Shown here one piece after another: positions 1 to 11,378 of a DNA stretch of 64,000 nt (position 1 is its first letter; every line of letters starts with the position of its first letter). Source of the stretch: an uncultured Actinomycetota bacterium (GTDB lineage: Bacteria; Actinomycetota; Actinomycetes; JAHEKZ01). Location: positions 2,464,001 to 2,528,000 of the forward strand of contig CAWHIJ010000003.1 of the NCBI GenBank assembly GCA_963829525.1, given 5' to 3'. The notes below the pieces were generated by a model that saw only the letters and a list, made by a program, of their open reading frames with translations, did not search any database and was not told the origin of the DNA. The position numbers and the translations under genes were made by a program.

Positions 1-663
1 TCGCCCCTCGCCGATCTGGACGACCCGTCCACCGAGGTCGTTGACGGCGAAACCTACGGAGGTCTCAAGGTGCTCTGCGAGGGGGCGGTTGCCGAACACT
101 ACACAGACGCCATTGTCATTCGCCCCACGTATGTCGTGGGGCCGTACGACTACACCCACCGGTTCACCTATTGGGTCAACCGCATCGCCGATGGTGGCCG
201 AGTGCTTGCTCCGGACATTCCCAACTACGGCATCCAGGTCATCGACGGGCGCGACCAAGCACGCTGGATCCTAGAGCTCCTTGAGCGCGGCGAGTCGGGC
301 ACCTTCCACACCGTCAGCCCGCCACCGCCCTTCACCTTCGCCGACATGCTGCGAACGATCGTGGACGCCGTCGGGCCCGCAGGAACCGAGATCGTCGCGG
401 TCGATCCTGCTTTCTTGATCCAGCACGGAGTCGGCAACTCCGACCTTCCGCTCTGGTATCCGTCGGCTGAGCCTGACCCCGGCATGAACTGCAGCCCGGC
501 GCGGGCGGTGGCCCACGGGTTCGCTACACGTTCGCTCACCGACACCGTCCGCGAGACACTCGCGCACGAACGCAGCACGCCAACGCCAAACCCGGACGGA
601 ACCGGCTGGAGTCGGGAGCGAGAGGCCGAGGTACTCGCCGCATGGGACGCGCTTAGCGTTTGA
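1..663 (+). CDS. NAD-dependent epimerase/dehydratase family (extended SDR), 5'-truncated by window edge
   Basis: Frame is open from base 1 (SPLADLDDPSTEVVDGETYGGLKVLCE), with the YxxxK catalytic motif, then IRPTYVVGPYD and QVIDGRD segments typical of extended SDRs. Confidence 0.8.
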   Translation, partial: SPLADLDDPSTEVVDGETYGGLKVLCEGAVAEHYTDAIVIRPTYVVGPYDYTHRFTYWVNRIADGGRVLAPDIPNYGIQVIDGRDQARWILELLERGESGTFHTVSPPPPFTFADMLRTIVDAVGPAGTEIVAVDPAFLIQHGVGNSDLPLWYPSAEPDPGMNCSPARAVAHGFATRSLTDTVRETLAHERSTPTPNPDGTGWSREREAEVLAAWDALSV

Positions 664-688
664 GCGCCTGGCACGCATTCGGCGAGCT

Positions 689-2062
689 CTAGAAGCGGCC
701 GGAGACCTTGTCAGCCACCTTTGCCAGAGGCGAGGTACTGGCCCGGCCACCGTGCTCCTGCTTGTCTGCCGCGCGGTAGGTGGCGTACATCGCCTGCACA
801 CCGAGCCACCGGAAAGGTTCCGGCTCCCATCTGCGCACCTTCCTGCCGACCCACGGTAGAGCAGTCAACTCGGTCTGCTGTCCGAGAACGAGGTCGCGCA
901 GGGTGCGCCCAGCCAAGTTGGTCGTGGCCACACCGTGTCCGACATAGCCACCTGCCCAGCCAAGACCGGTGTCGCGGTCAAGGCCCACTGTCGAGCACCA
1001 GTCGCGCGGGACGCCTAGGACCCCTGACCAAGCATGTGCAACTGGTACGTCGGCAGTCGCCGGGAAGAGCCGAACCAAGATCTCACGTAGCGCGTCGATC
1101 GTCTGCGGTTGCGTCGTTCCATCGTTGTCGGTCTGCGACCCGTAGCGATACGGGACGCCGCGTCCGCCGATCGCAATGCGTCCGTCGGCAGTCCGCTGTA
1201 CGTAGCAATAGGCGTGCGCGAGGTCGCCAAGCGTCTCCATGCCCGCCCATCCGATCTGCTCCCATGCCGCCTCGGGCAGCGGATCGGTGACGATCATCGA
1301 CGAGTTCATCGGCAACCAGGAGCGTCTGAGTCCCTTGATCCCAGCCGTGAAGCCCTCGGTCGCGCGGAGGACGAAGTCAGCAGCCACATCACCGTGATCG
1401 GTGATGACGCGGTGCGGCTCGATCGCGGTGACGGTGGTCTGCTCGGCGATGGTTACACCCATCCGCTCCACGACGTCGGAGAGGCCGCGCACGAGCTTCG
1501 CGGGTTGGATCCGCGCGCCGTGCGGGCTGAATGCACCGCCCAGGGTGTTGGCGACGTTGACGCGCCCAGTCGATTCCTCAGCGCTGATCAGCACGTGGTC
1601 GGTCTCGCCCCACGCGTGCTCCTCGTCGACGAAGGCCTGAAGACGTTGAAGCTGCGCTGGGGTGTACGCGACCTCCAGGGTGCCCCCCTTGACGATGTCG
1701 GCCTCGATTCCCTCCCGCTGGGTCACCGCGATGACCTCATCGACCGTGGCGTTCATCGCATGCTGCAGCTCGATGACTGCCTGCCGCCCATGCGTGGACG
1801 CATATCGACGTCGCGATCCGGCTATCCCACCGAAGAGCCAGCCACCGTTACGGCCGCTCGCCCCGTAGCCGGCAAACCTCTGCTCGACCACCAGCACGCG
1901 AAGCGAGGGGTCAGCCTGCTTCAAGTAGAAGGCAGCCCAGAGGCCGGTGAATCCGCCTCCCACGATGCACACATCGACCGATGTGGGCCCTTCGAGGGGC
2001 GGTCTCGCCGTCGGGAGGCCGATTTCGTCATACCAAAAGGACACACTTCCATTCAGAGTCAC
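689..2062 (-). CDS. FAD-dependent oxidoreductase, DAO family (PuuB/OrdL-like amine oxidase)
   Basis: DVCIVGGGFTGLWAA FAD motif, GASGRNGG, C-terminal GYVGHGV; GTG start at 2062 chosen (VTLNGSVSFW). Confidence 0.85.
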   Translation of the reverse strand: MTLNGSVSFWYDEIGLPTARPPLEGPTSVDVCIVGGGFTGLWAAFYLKQADPSLRVLVVEQRFAGYGASGRNGGWLFGGIAGSRRRYASTHGRQAVIELQHAMNATVDEVIAVTQREGIEADIVKGGTLEVAYTPAQLQRLQAFVDEEHAWGETDHVLISAEESTGRVNVANTLGGAFSPHGARIQPAKLVRGLSDVVERMGVTIAEQTTVTAIEPHRVITDHGDVAADFVLRATEGFTAGIKGLRRSWLPMNSSMIVTDPLPEAAWEQIGWAGMETLGDLAHAYCYVQRTADGRIAIGGRGVPYRYGSQTDNDGTTQPQTIDALREILVRLFPATADVPVAHAWSGVLGVPRDWCSTVGLDRDTGLGWAGGYVGHGVATTNLAGRTLRDLVLGQQTELTALPWVGRKVRRWEPEPFRWLGVQAMYATYRAADKQEHGGRASTSPLAKVADKVSGRF

Positions 2063-2120
2063 GCACTGATTGTCCCTGTTCAGGCATGATCGGCTCACAC
2101 CGGCCCGCCCGAGGAGTCAC

Positions 2121-3284
2121 ATGCCCAGCCCCGACCTCACGCCTGCCACTCACGAGTCAGACCTTGTCCAGGAAACGCCATGGTCGATCCCCCGCGGACT
2201 GATCTTGCTGCTCGGCGGGGCGGGCGGATTTGTCGTGATGTTCGGGCTCCAGGCCTTCAAAGGGATTGTCGGGCCGACGTTCCTGGCCTTGATGCTGGTC
2301 GTCACCGTGATCCCCATACAGCAGTGGATGTTGCGCAAAGGTTGGCCGAAGTGGTTGGCGATCACCACTGTCGTCATGGGGGCGTACGGCATCCTGCTCG
2401 TTCTCGGGCTCATCCTGCTCTACGCGGCGGCGAGGTTTGCGACTCTCGTGGGCAGCTACGCCCCAAGCACGTCCCAGGTCAACAAGGACGTGGCCAACCT
2501 GCTTGACAGTCTGGGAATTGGGCAGAAACAGATCGACGCGGCAACCTCCTCGATCTCACCTGACAACGTGGCTTCAGTGGTGACTGACGTCCTGTCGAGC
2601 CTCAGCAATGTCGCCGGTTCCCTCTTCTTCGTCTTGGCCGTGATCATCTTCCTCGGCCTCGACAGTGTCGGTTTCATCGATCGCCTGCGCTACACCCAGA
2701 AGACACGGCCGGATATCGCTGGCGCGCTGAGCAGCTTCACCAGCGGCACCCGCACCTACCTCACGGTCGCGACGGTCTTCGGCGGGATCGTTGCAGTTGT
2801 CGACACGATCGCGTTGTGGATCATGGGTATTCCAGCCCCGGTCCTTTGGGGCTTCGTCGCCTTCGTAACGAACTACATCCCCAATATCGGCTTTGTGATC
2901 GGAGTGATCCCGCCGGCGATTCTCGGATTGCTGGTGGGCGGTTGGCAACTGATGGTGCTGGTGATCGTCGTCTACAGCGTCATCAACTTCGTCATCCAGT
3001 CGATCATCCAGCCCAAGTTCGTCGGTGACTCGGTCAACTTGGCGACCACGGTCACCTTCCTCTCGATGGCGATCTGGACGTGGACGATCGGGCCACTCGG
3101 AGCCTTGCTGGCGGTGCCGTTGACCCTGCTGACCAAAGCCATCTTGATCGACCTCGATCCCAGCACCCGATGGATCGGGACCCTGCTCGGGTCGACCACG
3201 CCGACAGACAAACGGGAACCCCGCGACGCGGTCGCAGCCGGAGACCGCGACGGCGAGCCGTTGGCTGCTGAGCCGGACGGCTAG
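2121..3284 (+). CDS. AI-2E (PerM) family transporter
   Basis: Multi-TM protein with NYIPNIG, IIQPKFVGDSVNL and GPLGALLAVPLT motifs; GAGGAG RBS before ATG 2121. Confidence 0.88.
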   Translation: MPSPDLTPATHESDLVQETPWSIPRGLILLLGGAGGFVVMFGLQAFKGIVGPTFLALMLVVTVIPIQQWMLRKGWPKWLAITTVVMGAYGILLVLGLILLYAAARFATLVGSYAPSTSQVNKDVANLLDSLGIGQKQIDAATSSISPDNVASVVTDVLSSLSNVAGSLFFVLAVIIFLGLDSVGFIDRLRYTQKTRPDIAGALSSFTSGTRTYLTVATVFGGIVAVVDTIALWIMGIPAPVLWGFVAFVTNYIPNIGFVIGVIPPAILGLLVGGWQLMVLVIVVYSVINFVIQSIIQPKFVGDSVNLATTVTFLSMAIWTWTIGPLGALLAVPLTLLTKAILIDLDPSTRWIGTLLGSTTPTDKREPRDAVAAGDRDGEPLAAEPDG

Positions 3285-3299
3285 CGGCCGACCCTGCAG

Positions 3300-5531
3300 C
3301 TAGGAAGGTGCCGCCAACCCGTCCGGCAACTCGCCGAAGTGCGCCAGCACGAGGCGCTGGGTCGGACGGGTCAGTGCAACGAAGAGAGCGCGGTGCCCGT
3401 GGTGGCCCTCGGCAGCCATGGCCCTTGGGTCAACGACCACGACCACGTCGAACTCCAGGCCTTTTGCCTGCTCCCCTGAGAGCAGGACCACACGCGCGCG
3501 CAATTCATCCTCAGACGACGAGAGCCATGGGGCCAGCACAGCACCGAGCTCGGACAGTTCCGACCTTGGCGCGATCACCGCCATGCGCCCGCCACCAAGT
3601 CGGTCCTCCTGTTCGCTGACAATGGCGGCGACCGACGCCAACGCATCGATCCGAACAACCACTGGTGCTGCGCCCTCGCGGACAGAGGTCGGCGCTGTTG
3701 TGGGGAACCCGGCAGCCGAGAGCATCGCACCGGCACGCTCCATCACCAGCGCAGGGGTCCGGTAGTTGATCGTCAGGTCGTAGCGCGTCCAGGCGCTCCC
3801 CACGTGGGGGTCCAACGCCTCCTTCCATGATGCCGAAACCGCTGGCCCCGTTGCCTGCGCCATGTCGCCGACGATGGTGAACGACTTTGTCGGGCAGCGA
3901 CGAAGGAGAAGTCGCCACATCATCGGGCTCAGCTCCTGAGCCTCGTCGACGATGATGTGGCCGTAGGTCCACGTTCGGTCGACGAATGCTCGCTCGGCGA
4001 CCGTGAAGAGCTGCTCTGACTCGGTGAACCTCGACGCCAGCGACTCGGCAGAAACCATCTGCCCAGCCTCCCCACCGAATGACTCGAGCACCTCTCGCGC
4101 GTGGCGCAGATCATCGACAGCCACCCGCCGCTCGCGGTGCGTCTCGGCGATGGCGTCCTCGTCGTCGGCGCCAATCAGTTCGGCCACCTCGTCAAGGAGC
4201 GCCACATCTGCGGTCGACCATCCCTCGCTCCGGCTGCGCAGCAAGAGCGCCCTGTCGTCGTTGCTCCATCCGGGAGTTGCGGCGAACAGCCGCTCTGGGC
4301 TGGCAAACAGATCTGACAGCACCTGCTCGGCAGCGAGCGGCGGCCAGGCGAGGTTGAGCTCGCGGCGCACGTCGCGTGAGTCCCGGAGCAGTGACTCGAT
4401 GTCTGCGCGGTCGACGGCGTCTGGCGCGTGGCCTGTGGCGGTGGCGTGGAGGTCAACGAGGTGTTGAAGCATGGTGCGAACGAAGACAGCCCTCGCTGCG
4501 TTATGCGGCCGCCCGTTGCGCCGCGCCGACTCAGCAGCCGATCGCATCACCCTGGGGCGAAGTGCGATCGTCACACTCTCGACGCACATCTGGCGCTCCT
4601 GGGCAGGGATGCGCACCCGCTGCCGAACGGCCGCGACGAGGACATCCACCATGCGCTGCGATCCCTTGAGGGCCGCGGCATCCTCGGTGTCCTCGCTGGT
4701 GACGGTGACACCGGGAAAGAGCTCAGCGGTGGTTGCGGTCACTACACCCGTCTCGCCGAGGGACGGCAGCACCTGCGAGATGTAGCGCAGGAAGACAGGG
4801 CTTGGCCCGACCAGCAGAACCCCGCGGGACTCGAGGCGGTCGCGGTGGGTGTAGAGCAGGTAGGCGGCGCGGTGTAGCGCGACCGCCGTCTTGCCGGTGC
4901 CTGGCCCGCCCTGCACGACCAGCATTCCCGACAACGGCGCGCGAACGATCTCGTCCTGCTCACTCTGGATCGTGGCGACAATGTCGCCCATACGTCCGGT
5001 GCGGTTCGCGTTGAGCGCTGCCAGCAAAGCGCCGTCAGTGGTGAGGCTGGTGGTCTCGGAGGTGTGCGTCACAAGGTCAGGGCGCGCCTCGAAGGTGTCG
5101 AGATCGAGGACGTCGTCATAGATCGCAGCCACCGACCTGCTCTGGGTCTCCAGGTGGCGTCGGCGCACGACCTCCCCCGGCCGCAGCGATGTGGCTTGGT
5201 AGAAGTCGCGAGACGCCGGTGCCCGCCAGTCGACCAGAAGCTGCGACTGGTCGTCATCGAAGAGTCCTAGCCGGCCGATGTATCTGACGCCACCATCGGA
5301 CATGTCCAGCCGGCCGAAACAGAGCCGCTCCTCAACACCTGACAGCTGGACCAACCGATCCTCGTACAAGGTGGCGAACGCGTCGCGCTCCGACCTGGCC
5401 TGGGGCGTCCCGCTGGCGCCGGCCCGGCGAACAGCCCGCAGCTCTGCGTCGGTACGTTCCCGCAGCCAGTCCAGCCTGCCGTAGAGGATGTCGACGTACG
5501 CCTGCTCGGCGTCGACCTCGCTGCTGGTCAC
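3300..5531 (-). CDS. helD: HelD-family RNA polymerase recycling helicase-like ATPase
   Basis: RLCFGRLD, YIGRLG, LLVDWRAP, RRRH, MGDIVATIQSEQDEIVR, QGGPGTGKTAVALHRAAYLLY, VDEAQE, NYRTP, KGLEFD motifs. Confidence 0.9.
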   Translation of the reverse strand: MTSSEVDAEQAYVDILYGRLDWLRERTDAELRAVRRAGASGTPQARSERDAFATLYEDRLVQLSGVEERLCFGRLDMSDGGVRYIGRLGLFDDDQSQLLVDWRAPASRDFYQATSLRPGEVVRRRHLETQSRSVAAIYDDVLDLDTFEARPDLVTHTSETTSLTTDGALLAALNANRTGRMGDIVATIQSEQDEIVRAPLSGMLVVQGGPGTGKTAVALHRAAYLLYTHRDRLESRGVLLVGPSPVFLRYISQVLPSLGETGVVTATTAELFPGVTVTSEDTEDAAALKGSQRMVDVLVAAVRQRVRIPAQERQMCVESVTIALRPRVMRSAAESARRNGRPHNAARAVFVRTMLQHLVDLHATATGHAPDAVDRADIESLLRDSRDVRRELNLAWPPLAAEQVLSDLFASPERLFAATPGWSNDDRALLLRSRSEGWSTADVALLDEVAELIGADDEDAIAETHRERRVAVDDLRHAREVLESFGGEAGQMVSAESLASRFTESEQLFTVAERAFVDRTWTYGHIIVDEAQELSPMMWRLLLRRCPTKSFTIVGDMAQATGPAVSASWKEALDPHVGSAWTRYDLTINYRTPALVMERAGAMLSAAGFPTTAPTSVREGAAPVVVRIDALASVAAIVSEQEDRLGGGRMAVIAPRSELSELGAVLAPWLSSSEDELRARVVLLSGEQAKGLEFDVVVVVDPRAMAAEGHHGHRALFVALTRPTQRLVLAHFGELPDGLAAPS

Positions 5532-5692
5532 AGGCCGTCCTGGGTCTGGTCGTGAAGATATCGGCGCGCGTAAGAGCCGACTCGCGGGCTACCCCGCGAA
5601 AGGGGGTCGCCCAGCCTATCGGGCACCCCCAAAGCCGCTCGAGTGCACATCTGATTGACGCCAGACCCCGCCGAGTGCGGAGCTGGTTGACG

Positions 5693-6613
5693 CTAAAGCC
5701 GGTACCGCACCCCGGTCGCGTCCTCGGAGTAGTCCCACAGCCTGTCCATTGCGGCGTCGAGTCGGAACCGGCGCAGGATCGGCTTCCGTACGGGCGGTCC
5801 GAAGTTCACCCACGCAGGGCAGTAGAAGTCTCCGCCCCTCGCCTGCGGATCGGTAGACGCCCTGAGCTGCGGTAGTGCCCCGTCCGCAGGAGACATACCG
5901 GTTGTGCGTGACATCCACTTCCAGAAGCGCTGCGTGGACGCCCCGCCGGACTCGGTCACGCTGACCACCTGCAGCTCGGTACGAGAGAGCCCAGGGTGTG
6001 CGAGCAGGCTCGAGGCGTAGACCCTGGCCTCGGAGAACCGGCGATGCAGCCCCAGGCCGAAGTGGAAGTTCGCCAGCTTGGACTGTCCGTAGGCACCAAA
6101 GGGGGTGTACTTGCCCTCGAGGTTTGCGTTGAAGGGGTCGATGCGTCGTGCGTAGTGATGTGCCGTGCTGGTCACCGTCACGACCCGCGCGGTTGGCGCG
6201 TGGAGCAATGCGGGCAGCAGGAGTCCAGTCAATGCAAAGTGACCGAGGTGGTTCACGGCCAACTGCGTCTCGAACCCGTCCTCGGTGCGTCCTTCAGGGA
6301 TGCCCATGACGCCTGCGTTGTTCACCAGCAGGTCGATCCGGTCGTGTGCACCGAGGATCTGCTCGGACGCCGCATGCACCGAGGCCTGCGACGCGAGGTC
6401 CAGTGGCACCACCGACAGGGACGCCTCCGGCACCCCGGCACGGATGCGCGACACCGCTGCCTCCGTCTTACCCGGACTGCGCGTGGCGAGGATCACGTGC
6501 GCCCCGGCAGCCGCCAAGGCCTCAGCCGTCTCCAGGCCCAAGCCGCCGTTGGCTCCGGTGACGACAGCCACCCGGCCGACCTGGTCGGGAATGTCGGCAC
6601 AGGTCCAGGTCAC
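5693..6613 (-). CDS. Short-chain dehydrogenase/reductase (retinol-DH/WWOX-like)
   Basis: VAVVTGANGGLG, LVNNAG, NHLGHF, YGQSK; GTG start overlaps upstream stop (GTGA 6610-6613); the 637-aa ORF in the track over-extends the N-terminus. Confidence 0.88.
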   Translation of the reverse strand: MTWTCADIPDQVGRVAVVTGANGGLGLETAEALAAAGAHVILATRSPGKTEAAVSRIRAGVPEASLSVVPLDLASQASVHAASEQILGAHDRIDLLVNNAGVMGIPEGRTEDGFETQLAVNHLGHFALTGLLLPALLHAPTARVVTVTSTAHHYARRIDPFNANLEGKYTPFGAYGQSKLANFHFGLGLHRRFSEARVYASSLLAHPGLSRTELQVVSVTESGGASTQRFWKWMSRTTGMSPADGALPQLRASTDPQARGGDFYCPAWVNFGPPVRKPILRRFRLDAAMDRLWDYSEDATGVRYRL

Positions 6614-7476
6614 AGCGGCTCTTTCGGAAGAGTGGCGTCCTTGTTCGCGAGCGTGACACCAGCGCTCGCTGTCGTCACCATCCCAAGAGCGACGAGTTCT
6701 TGCACTCCGAGCCGCTGATCGAGGATGACCAGGCCCGATATCGATGCAGCCGCCGGTTGCAGGCTCATCAAGACCCCAAAGACCCGCGTCGGGATCCGCC
6801 GCAGGGCCGTCAACTCGAGCCCGTAAGGGATGATCGTCGACATCAATGCCACGACCGTCACCCCGACAAGCAGCGAGGGGCTGTCGACCACGGCAGTGGC
6901 CTGCGCCGCGCCAAACGGTAAGACGAGGACGGCGGCGAACACCAAGGCGACCGCCAGGCCATCGACTCCAGGCAGCACGCGACCGACTCGAGCGCTGGAC
7001 ACGATGTAGCCAGCCCAGAAGAGTCCAGCGGTGAAGGCGAGCAGCAGCCCGACGCCGTTGATGTCGCCACCGGCCGCCTTCGCTCCCAAGATGGCGACCC
7101 CTCCCCCTGCGAGCACCACCCAGGAGAAGTCGATTGGCCTTCGCGTCTGAACTAGTGCAAGCAGCAGCGGACCCAGGAACTCGACGGTCACCGCAACGCC
7201 AAGAGGGACGAGGTCCAGCGATGAGTAGAAGACCAGGTTCATACCGGCGAGGGCGAAACCAAGCAGAGCTGCAGCTCCCCACTGTTGCCGGGTCCACGAC
7301 CGCACCGAGGGTCGGAGGATCGCCAGCAACACGACCGCTGCGATGACCAGCCGCAGCAGGGCCGTCCCCGCCACACCGAGGTCGTCGAAAAGGGTTCGCG
7401 CAATCGCAGCACCGGTCTGCACACAGGCGATCGCCGTGACGACCAACAGTGGCGCGGGTACACGTTCGCGGCTCAC
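6610..7476 (-). CDS. EamA/DMT family transporter (RhtA-like)
   Basis: QTGAAIA, MNLVFY, PLGVAVTVEFLGPL, IPYGLELTALRR, FGVLMSLQPA; about 10 TM segments; start inferred. Confidence 0.88.
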   Translation of the reverse strand: MSRERVPAPLLVVTAIACVQTGAAIARTLFDDLGVAGTALLRLVIAAVVLLAILRPSVRSWTRQQWGAAALLGFALAGMNLVFYSSLDLVPLGVAVTVEFLGPLLLALVQTRRPIDFSWVVLAGGGVAILGAKAAGGDINGVGLLLAFTAGLFWAGYIVSSARVGRVLPGVDGLAVALVFAAVLVLPFGAAQATAVVDSPSLLVGVTVVALMSTIIPYGLELTALRRIPTRVFGVLMSLQPAAASISGLVILDQRLGVQELVALGMVTTASAGVTLANKDATLPKEPL

Positions 7477-7596
7477 CTTGCGCAGCCTGACACATGCCCG
7501 TGGGACATGGTGTTTCAGATGCGGTCCTGAGCGCCGGGCCAGGCCCGCCATCTGGTGGGATACGGGGGTCACACCCCGACGTTCCTGGAGCCATCC

Positions 7597-8899
7597 GTGA
7601 GCACAACCCCCACCTCAGCCGTTGTGGTCGGCGCCGGAATCATCGGTTGCTCGATCGCGCTCGAGCTGTCCCGTCGCGGCTGGGAGGTCACCGTCGTCGA
7701 CAAGGGCTCGACGCCAGGTTGCGGCTCGACCAGCGCGTCCTCGGCGATGGTCCGGTTCAACTACGACAACCTGCAGGAGGCCGTGCTCGCCTGGGAGTCG
7801 TACGCCCGTTGGGTCGAGTGGGGCAAGCACCTCGGTGTCGAAGACCCAGCCGGCTTGGCCACGTACGTGCGCACCGGGCTGCTGGTGCTCGACGGCGAAC
7901 TGCTCGATCGATCGCTCGAGCTTGGACACATGGACACCCTCGGGATTCCGTATGAGTCGGTGACCGCAGACCAAGATTCGCGAGCGGCACCCCGCCCTCG
8001 ACCCTGCCCGCATCGGCCCCGCATGTCGCGTGGAGGACGAGCACTTCTGGGACGACCCCACTGGTGAGATCGGCGGCTTCGTCCAGCACGACTCCGGCTT
8101 CGTCAACGACGCGACGCTTGCCGCCCACAACCTTGCTTACGCTGCCGAGCAGTCCGGGTCCACCTTCCGTTGGCGCTCACAGGTCGTCGAGGTGCTCCGT
8201 GACAGCGACCGCGTCACAGGCGTCCGGCTCGCCGATGGCACCGACGTCACCGCATCGGTCGTCGTGAACGCTGCTGGCCCGTGGTCGGTGGCCCTCAACA
8301 CCATGGCCGGAGTGCTGGGCGACTTCAGCACGTCGACCCGGGCGACCGAGCAGGAGGTCATCTCGGTCCCTGCGCCTGCCGGCTTCACCCTCGACGCCGG
8401 GGGCACCGGGGTCCACGACCCCGACTTCGGCACCTACTTCAGGCCGCACCCCGGTGGCACGATCATCGTCGGCAGCTTCGAGGCGCCGTGTGACCCGCTG
8501 ATTCTGGTCGACGATGCCGATGACGTCCGCGCGTCGCCGTCCCCGGAGAACTGGGAGGTGCAGAGCCTGCGACTGGCGCGTCGGCTGCCAGACCTGCAGG
8601 TGCCGGGCCAGAAGTCAGGCGTTGTAAGCGCCTACGACATCACCGACGACTGGATCCCGATCTACGACCAGACCTCGCTCGGCGGGTACTACGTCGCCAT
8701 CGGCACCAGTGGCCACCAGTTCAAGGCGGCCCCTTTCGTGGGTGTTGCCATGGCCGAACTGATCGGCGCCGTCGAGGGGGGACACGACCACGACAGCGAC
8801 CCGCTCGTCGTCAAGGGCGAGTACACAGGCGTGGACCTCGAGCTCGGCTTCTTCTCTCGCAAGCGCGCGGTGCACATTCACCGCCAGCTGGCCCAGTAA
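7597..8899 (+). CDS. FAD-dependent oxidoreductase (sarcosine oxidase beta/DAO family), frameshift near 7970-8030
   Basis: VVVGAGIIG and GSTSASSA in ORF 7555-8067; VVNAAGPWS, YDITDDWIPI and GTSGHQFK in ORF 8030-8899. Confidence 0.82.
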
Positions 8900-8903
8900 G
8901 GGT

Positions 8904-11351
8904 GTGACAACGATGCAGGATCAGTACCGCGTCGTCGTCATCGGCGGCGGCATCGTCGGCTGCAGCATCCTCTACCACCTGACGCTACGCGGGATTACCG
9001 ACGTCGCGCTGATCGAACGCGGCGAGCTCACCGCCGGTTCCAGCTGGCATGCAGCCGGTGGCTTCCACGCCATCAACTCCGACCCGGTCATCGCTCGGCT
9101 GCAGGCCTACACGATCGGCATGTACCGCACCGTCGAGGAGGAGAGCGGTCAGAGCGCCGGGCTGCACCTCACCGGCGGGATCGAGCTGGCCGGCACGCCT
9201 GAGCGCGCGGAGTGGCTCAAGGCCGAGCTCGCCTGGCACCGCTACATGGGCAACGACGAGGCCTACCTGCTCTCGCCCGACGAGGCAGCCGAGATGGTGC
9301 CGATCATCGATCCCGTCGGCTTGACGGGAGCCCTCTTCGACCCGCACGAGGGCAACCTCGACCCGCACGGCTCGACCCACGCATATGCCAGGCGCTGCCC
9401 GGAGGCGTGGCGCCGAGGTGATCCAGCACAACCGCGTGCTGTCGATCACCCAGCAACCGAGTGGCGAGTGGCTGCTGGAGACCGAGAAAGGCCCCATCCG
9501 CGCTGAGCACGTCGTCAACGCCGGTGGACTGTGGGCGCGACAGGTCGGCCGGATGGTCGGTATCGAGCTACCGCTCATCCCGATGCAGCACCACTTCCTG
9601 GTCACCGAGGACGTGCCCGAGGTGGCCGCGCTCACCGGCGCCGATGCCAGCCGTCACCGACCTCGAGGGCTTCACCTACCTGCAGCGCGAGCAGAACGGG
9701 GTCCTGCTCGGCGTCTACGAGACGAATCCCAAGCACTGGCTCGCCGACGGTCCCGGCTGGGACTACGGCATGGAGCTGATACCCGAAGAGGTCGACCGCA
9801 TCGCACCAGAGCTCTCGATCGGCTTCGAGCGCTTCCCCGCTCTGCAGCGCGTCGGCATCAAGCGCTGGGTCAACGGTGGGATCACCTTCACTCCGGACGG
9901 CAACCCGCTCGTCGGGCCGGTACCCGGACGCCGCAACTTCTGGTCGGCGTGCGGGGTGATGGCCGGCTTCTCGCAGGGCGCCGGTATCGGACTGGCGCTC
10001 GCGAACTGGATCGTCGACGGCGACCCGGGCGACGACGTCTTCGGCATGGACATCACCCGGTTCGGCCCCTTCGCCACCGACGACTCGTACCTGCGAGCGA
10101 CGACGGCGCAGTTCTACGCCCGTCGGTTCCTCATCGCGTATCCGAACGAGGAGCTGCCGGCAGGGCGTCCGCTCAAGACGTCGCCGGTGTATCCCGACCT
10201 GATCGACGCGGGCGCGCGCTGCAGCGTCGTCTACGGTCTCGAGGTGGCGCAGTACTTCGCACCAAGCGCAGACTTCGAGGAGAACCTCACCTGGCACCGC
10301 TCCAACGCCCACGCGATTGTCGGCGAGGAGGTTGCGGCAACGCGCACGGCGGCCGGCCTGTACGAGACCACCGCGTACGCCCGCTACGAGGTAACCGGGT
10401 CGGGCGCTGCGGCTTGGCTTGACCACATCATGGCCTCCGCACTCCCCGCTGTGGGTCGCATCAAGCTCGCACCGATGCTCAACCATCGTGGTCATCTGAT
10501 GGGTGACCTGACGGTCAGCCGGCTCGGCGACGAGCGCTTCTGGGTGATCGGCTCCTACTACCTGCAGGAGTGGCACCAGCGCTGGTTCGCCGAGCACCTT
10601 CCGACCGACGGCAGCGTGCGGATCACCAACCTCTGTGATGACTGGTGCGGTTTTTCGCTCTCCGGCCCTGCATCACGCGAAATCCTGAAACAGCTTGTTG
10701 ACATCGACCTCAGCCATCCCGCTGTTCCGTTCTTGTCGATCCGCGAAGCGAAGGTCGCAGGTACCGACGCAGTGGTCGGACGAATCTCGCTGACCGGAGA
10801 ACTTGGCTACGAGGTCACTGTTCCTGCATCGCAGCAGCGCGCTCTTCTTGCCGCGCTTCGCGAGGTAGGTGAGCCACTCGGCATGCGGCTCATCGGTGAC
10901 CGCGCAATCGACAGCCTGCGTCTGGAGAAGGGCTACGGCATCTGGTCCGCCGAAGTTCACCCAGGCGTACACGCCGGCCATGTCCGGGCTCGACGCGTTC
11001 GTCGCCTTCGACAAGCCCGACTTCATCGGGCGAGACGCCGTTCTGGCCGCTCGCGATGTTGCGCCTGAGCGCCGCCTGGTCCTGCTCTCGATCGACGGCC
11101 AAGACGCTGACGCATCCGGAGACGAAGGTGTGTGGCTCGACGGCACGCTGGTCGGCTTCACAACTTCTGGCGCCTACGGGCACCACGTCGGCCAGAGCCT
11201 GGCGCTGGCCTACGTCGAGAGCGCCCTGGTCGACGCAGCCGCGTCTGGTACCGCATCCGAGGTGGTCGTCGACATCGTCGGTGAGCCCTGTCGGGCTCGC
11301 ATCCTCGTCGAACCGCCGTTCGACCCCACTGCATCGCGCCTGCGCTCCTAG
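8904..11351 (+). CDS. Dimethylglycine/sarcosine dehydrogenase-like (FAD-DAO + GcvT domains), split by about 3 frameshifts
   Basis: VVVIGGGIVG, ELTAGSSWHAAG, VNAGGLWAR, FTPDGNPLVGP, RISLTGELGYE, SLRLEKGY, TSGAYGH, PFDP..RLRS spread over ORFs 8904-9506, 9385-, 9461-11068 and 10869-11351. Confidence 0.85.
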
Positions 11352-11378
11352 GAGTCAGGGGCACGGTAGGAATGACCG

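Noticed and set aside
5532-5692. Rifamycin-associated element (RAE) upstream of helD, which would imply HelR
   Set aside because: Only short GC hairpins (e.g. TCGCGGG-N4-CCCGCGA at 5582-5599) are present; I see no match to the 19-bp RAE palindrome
5693-7606. 637-aa fusion ORF and other long antisense or overlapping ORFs in the track
   Set aside because: The extension is an alternative frame of the EamA gene; long shadow ORFs are expected in high-GC DNA
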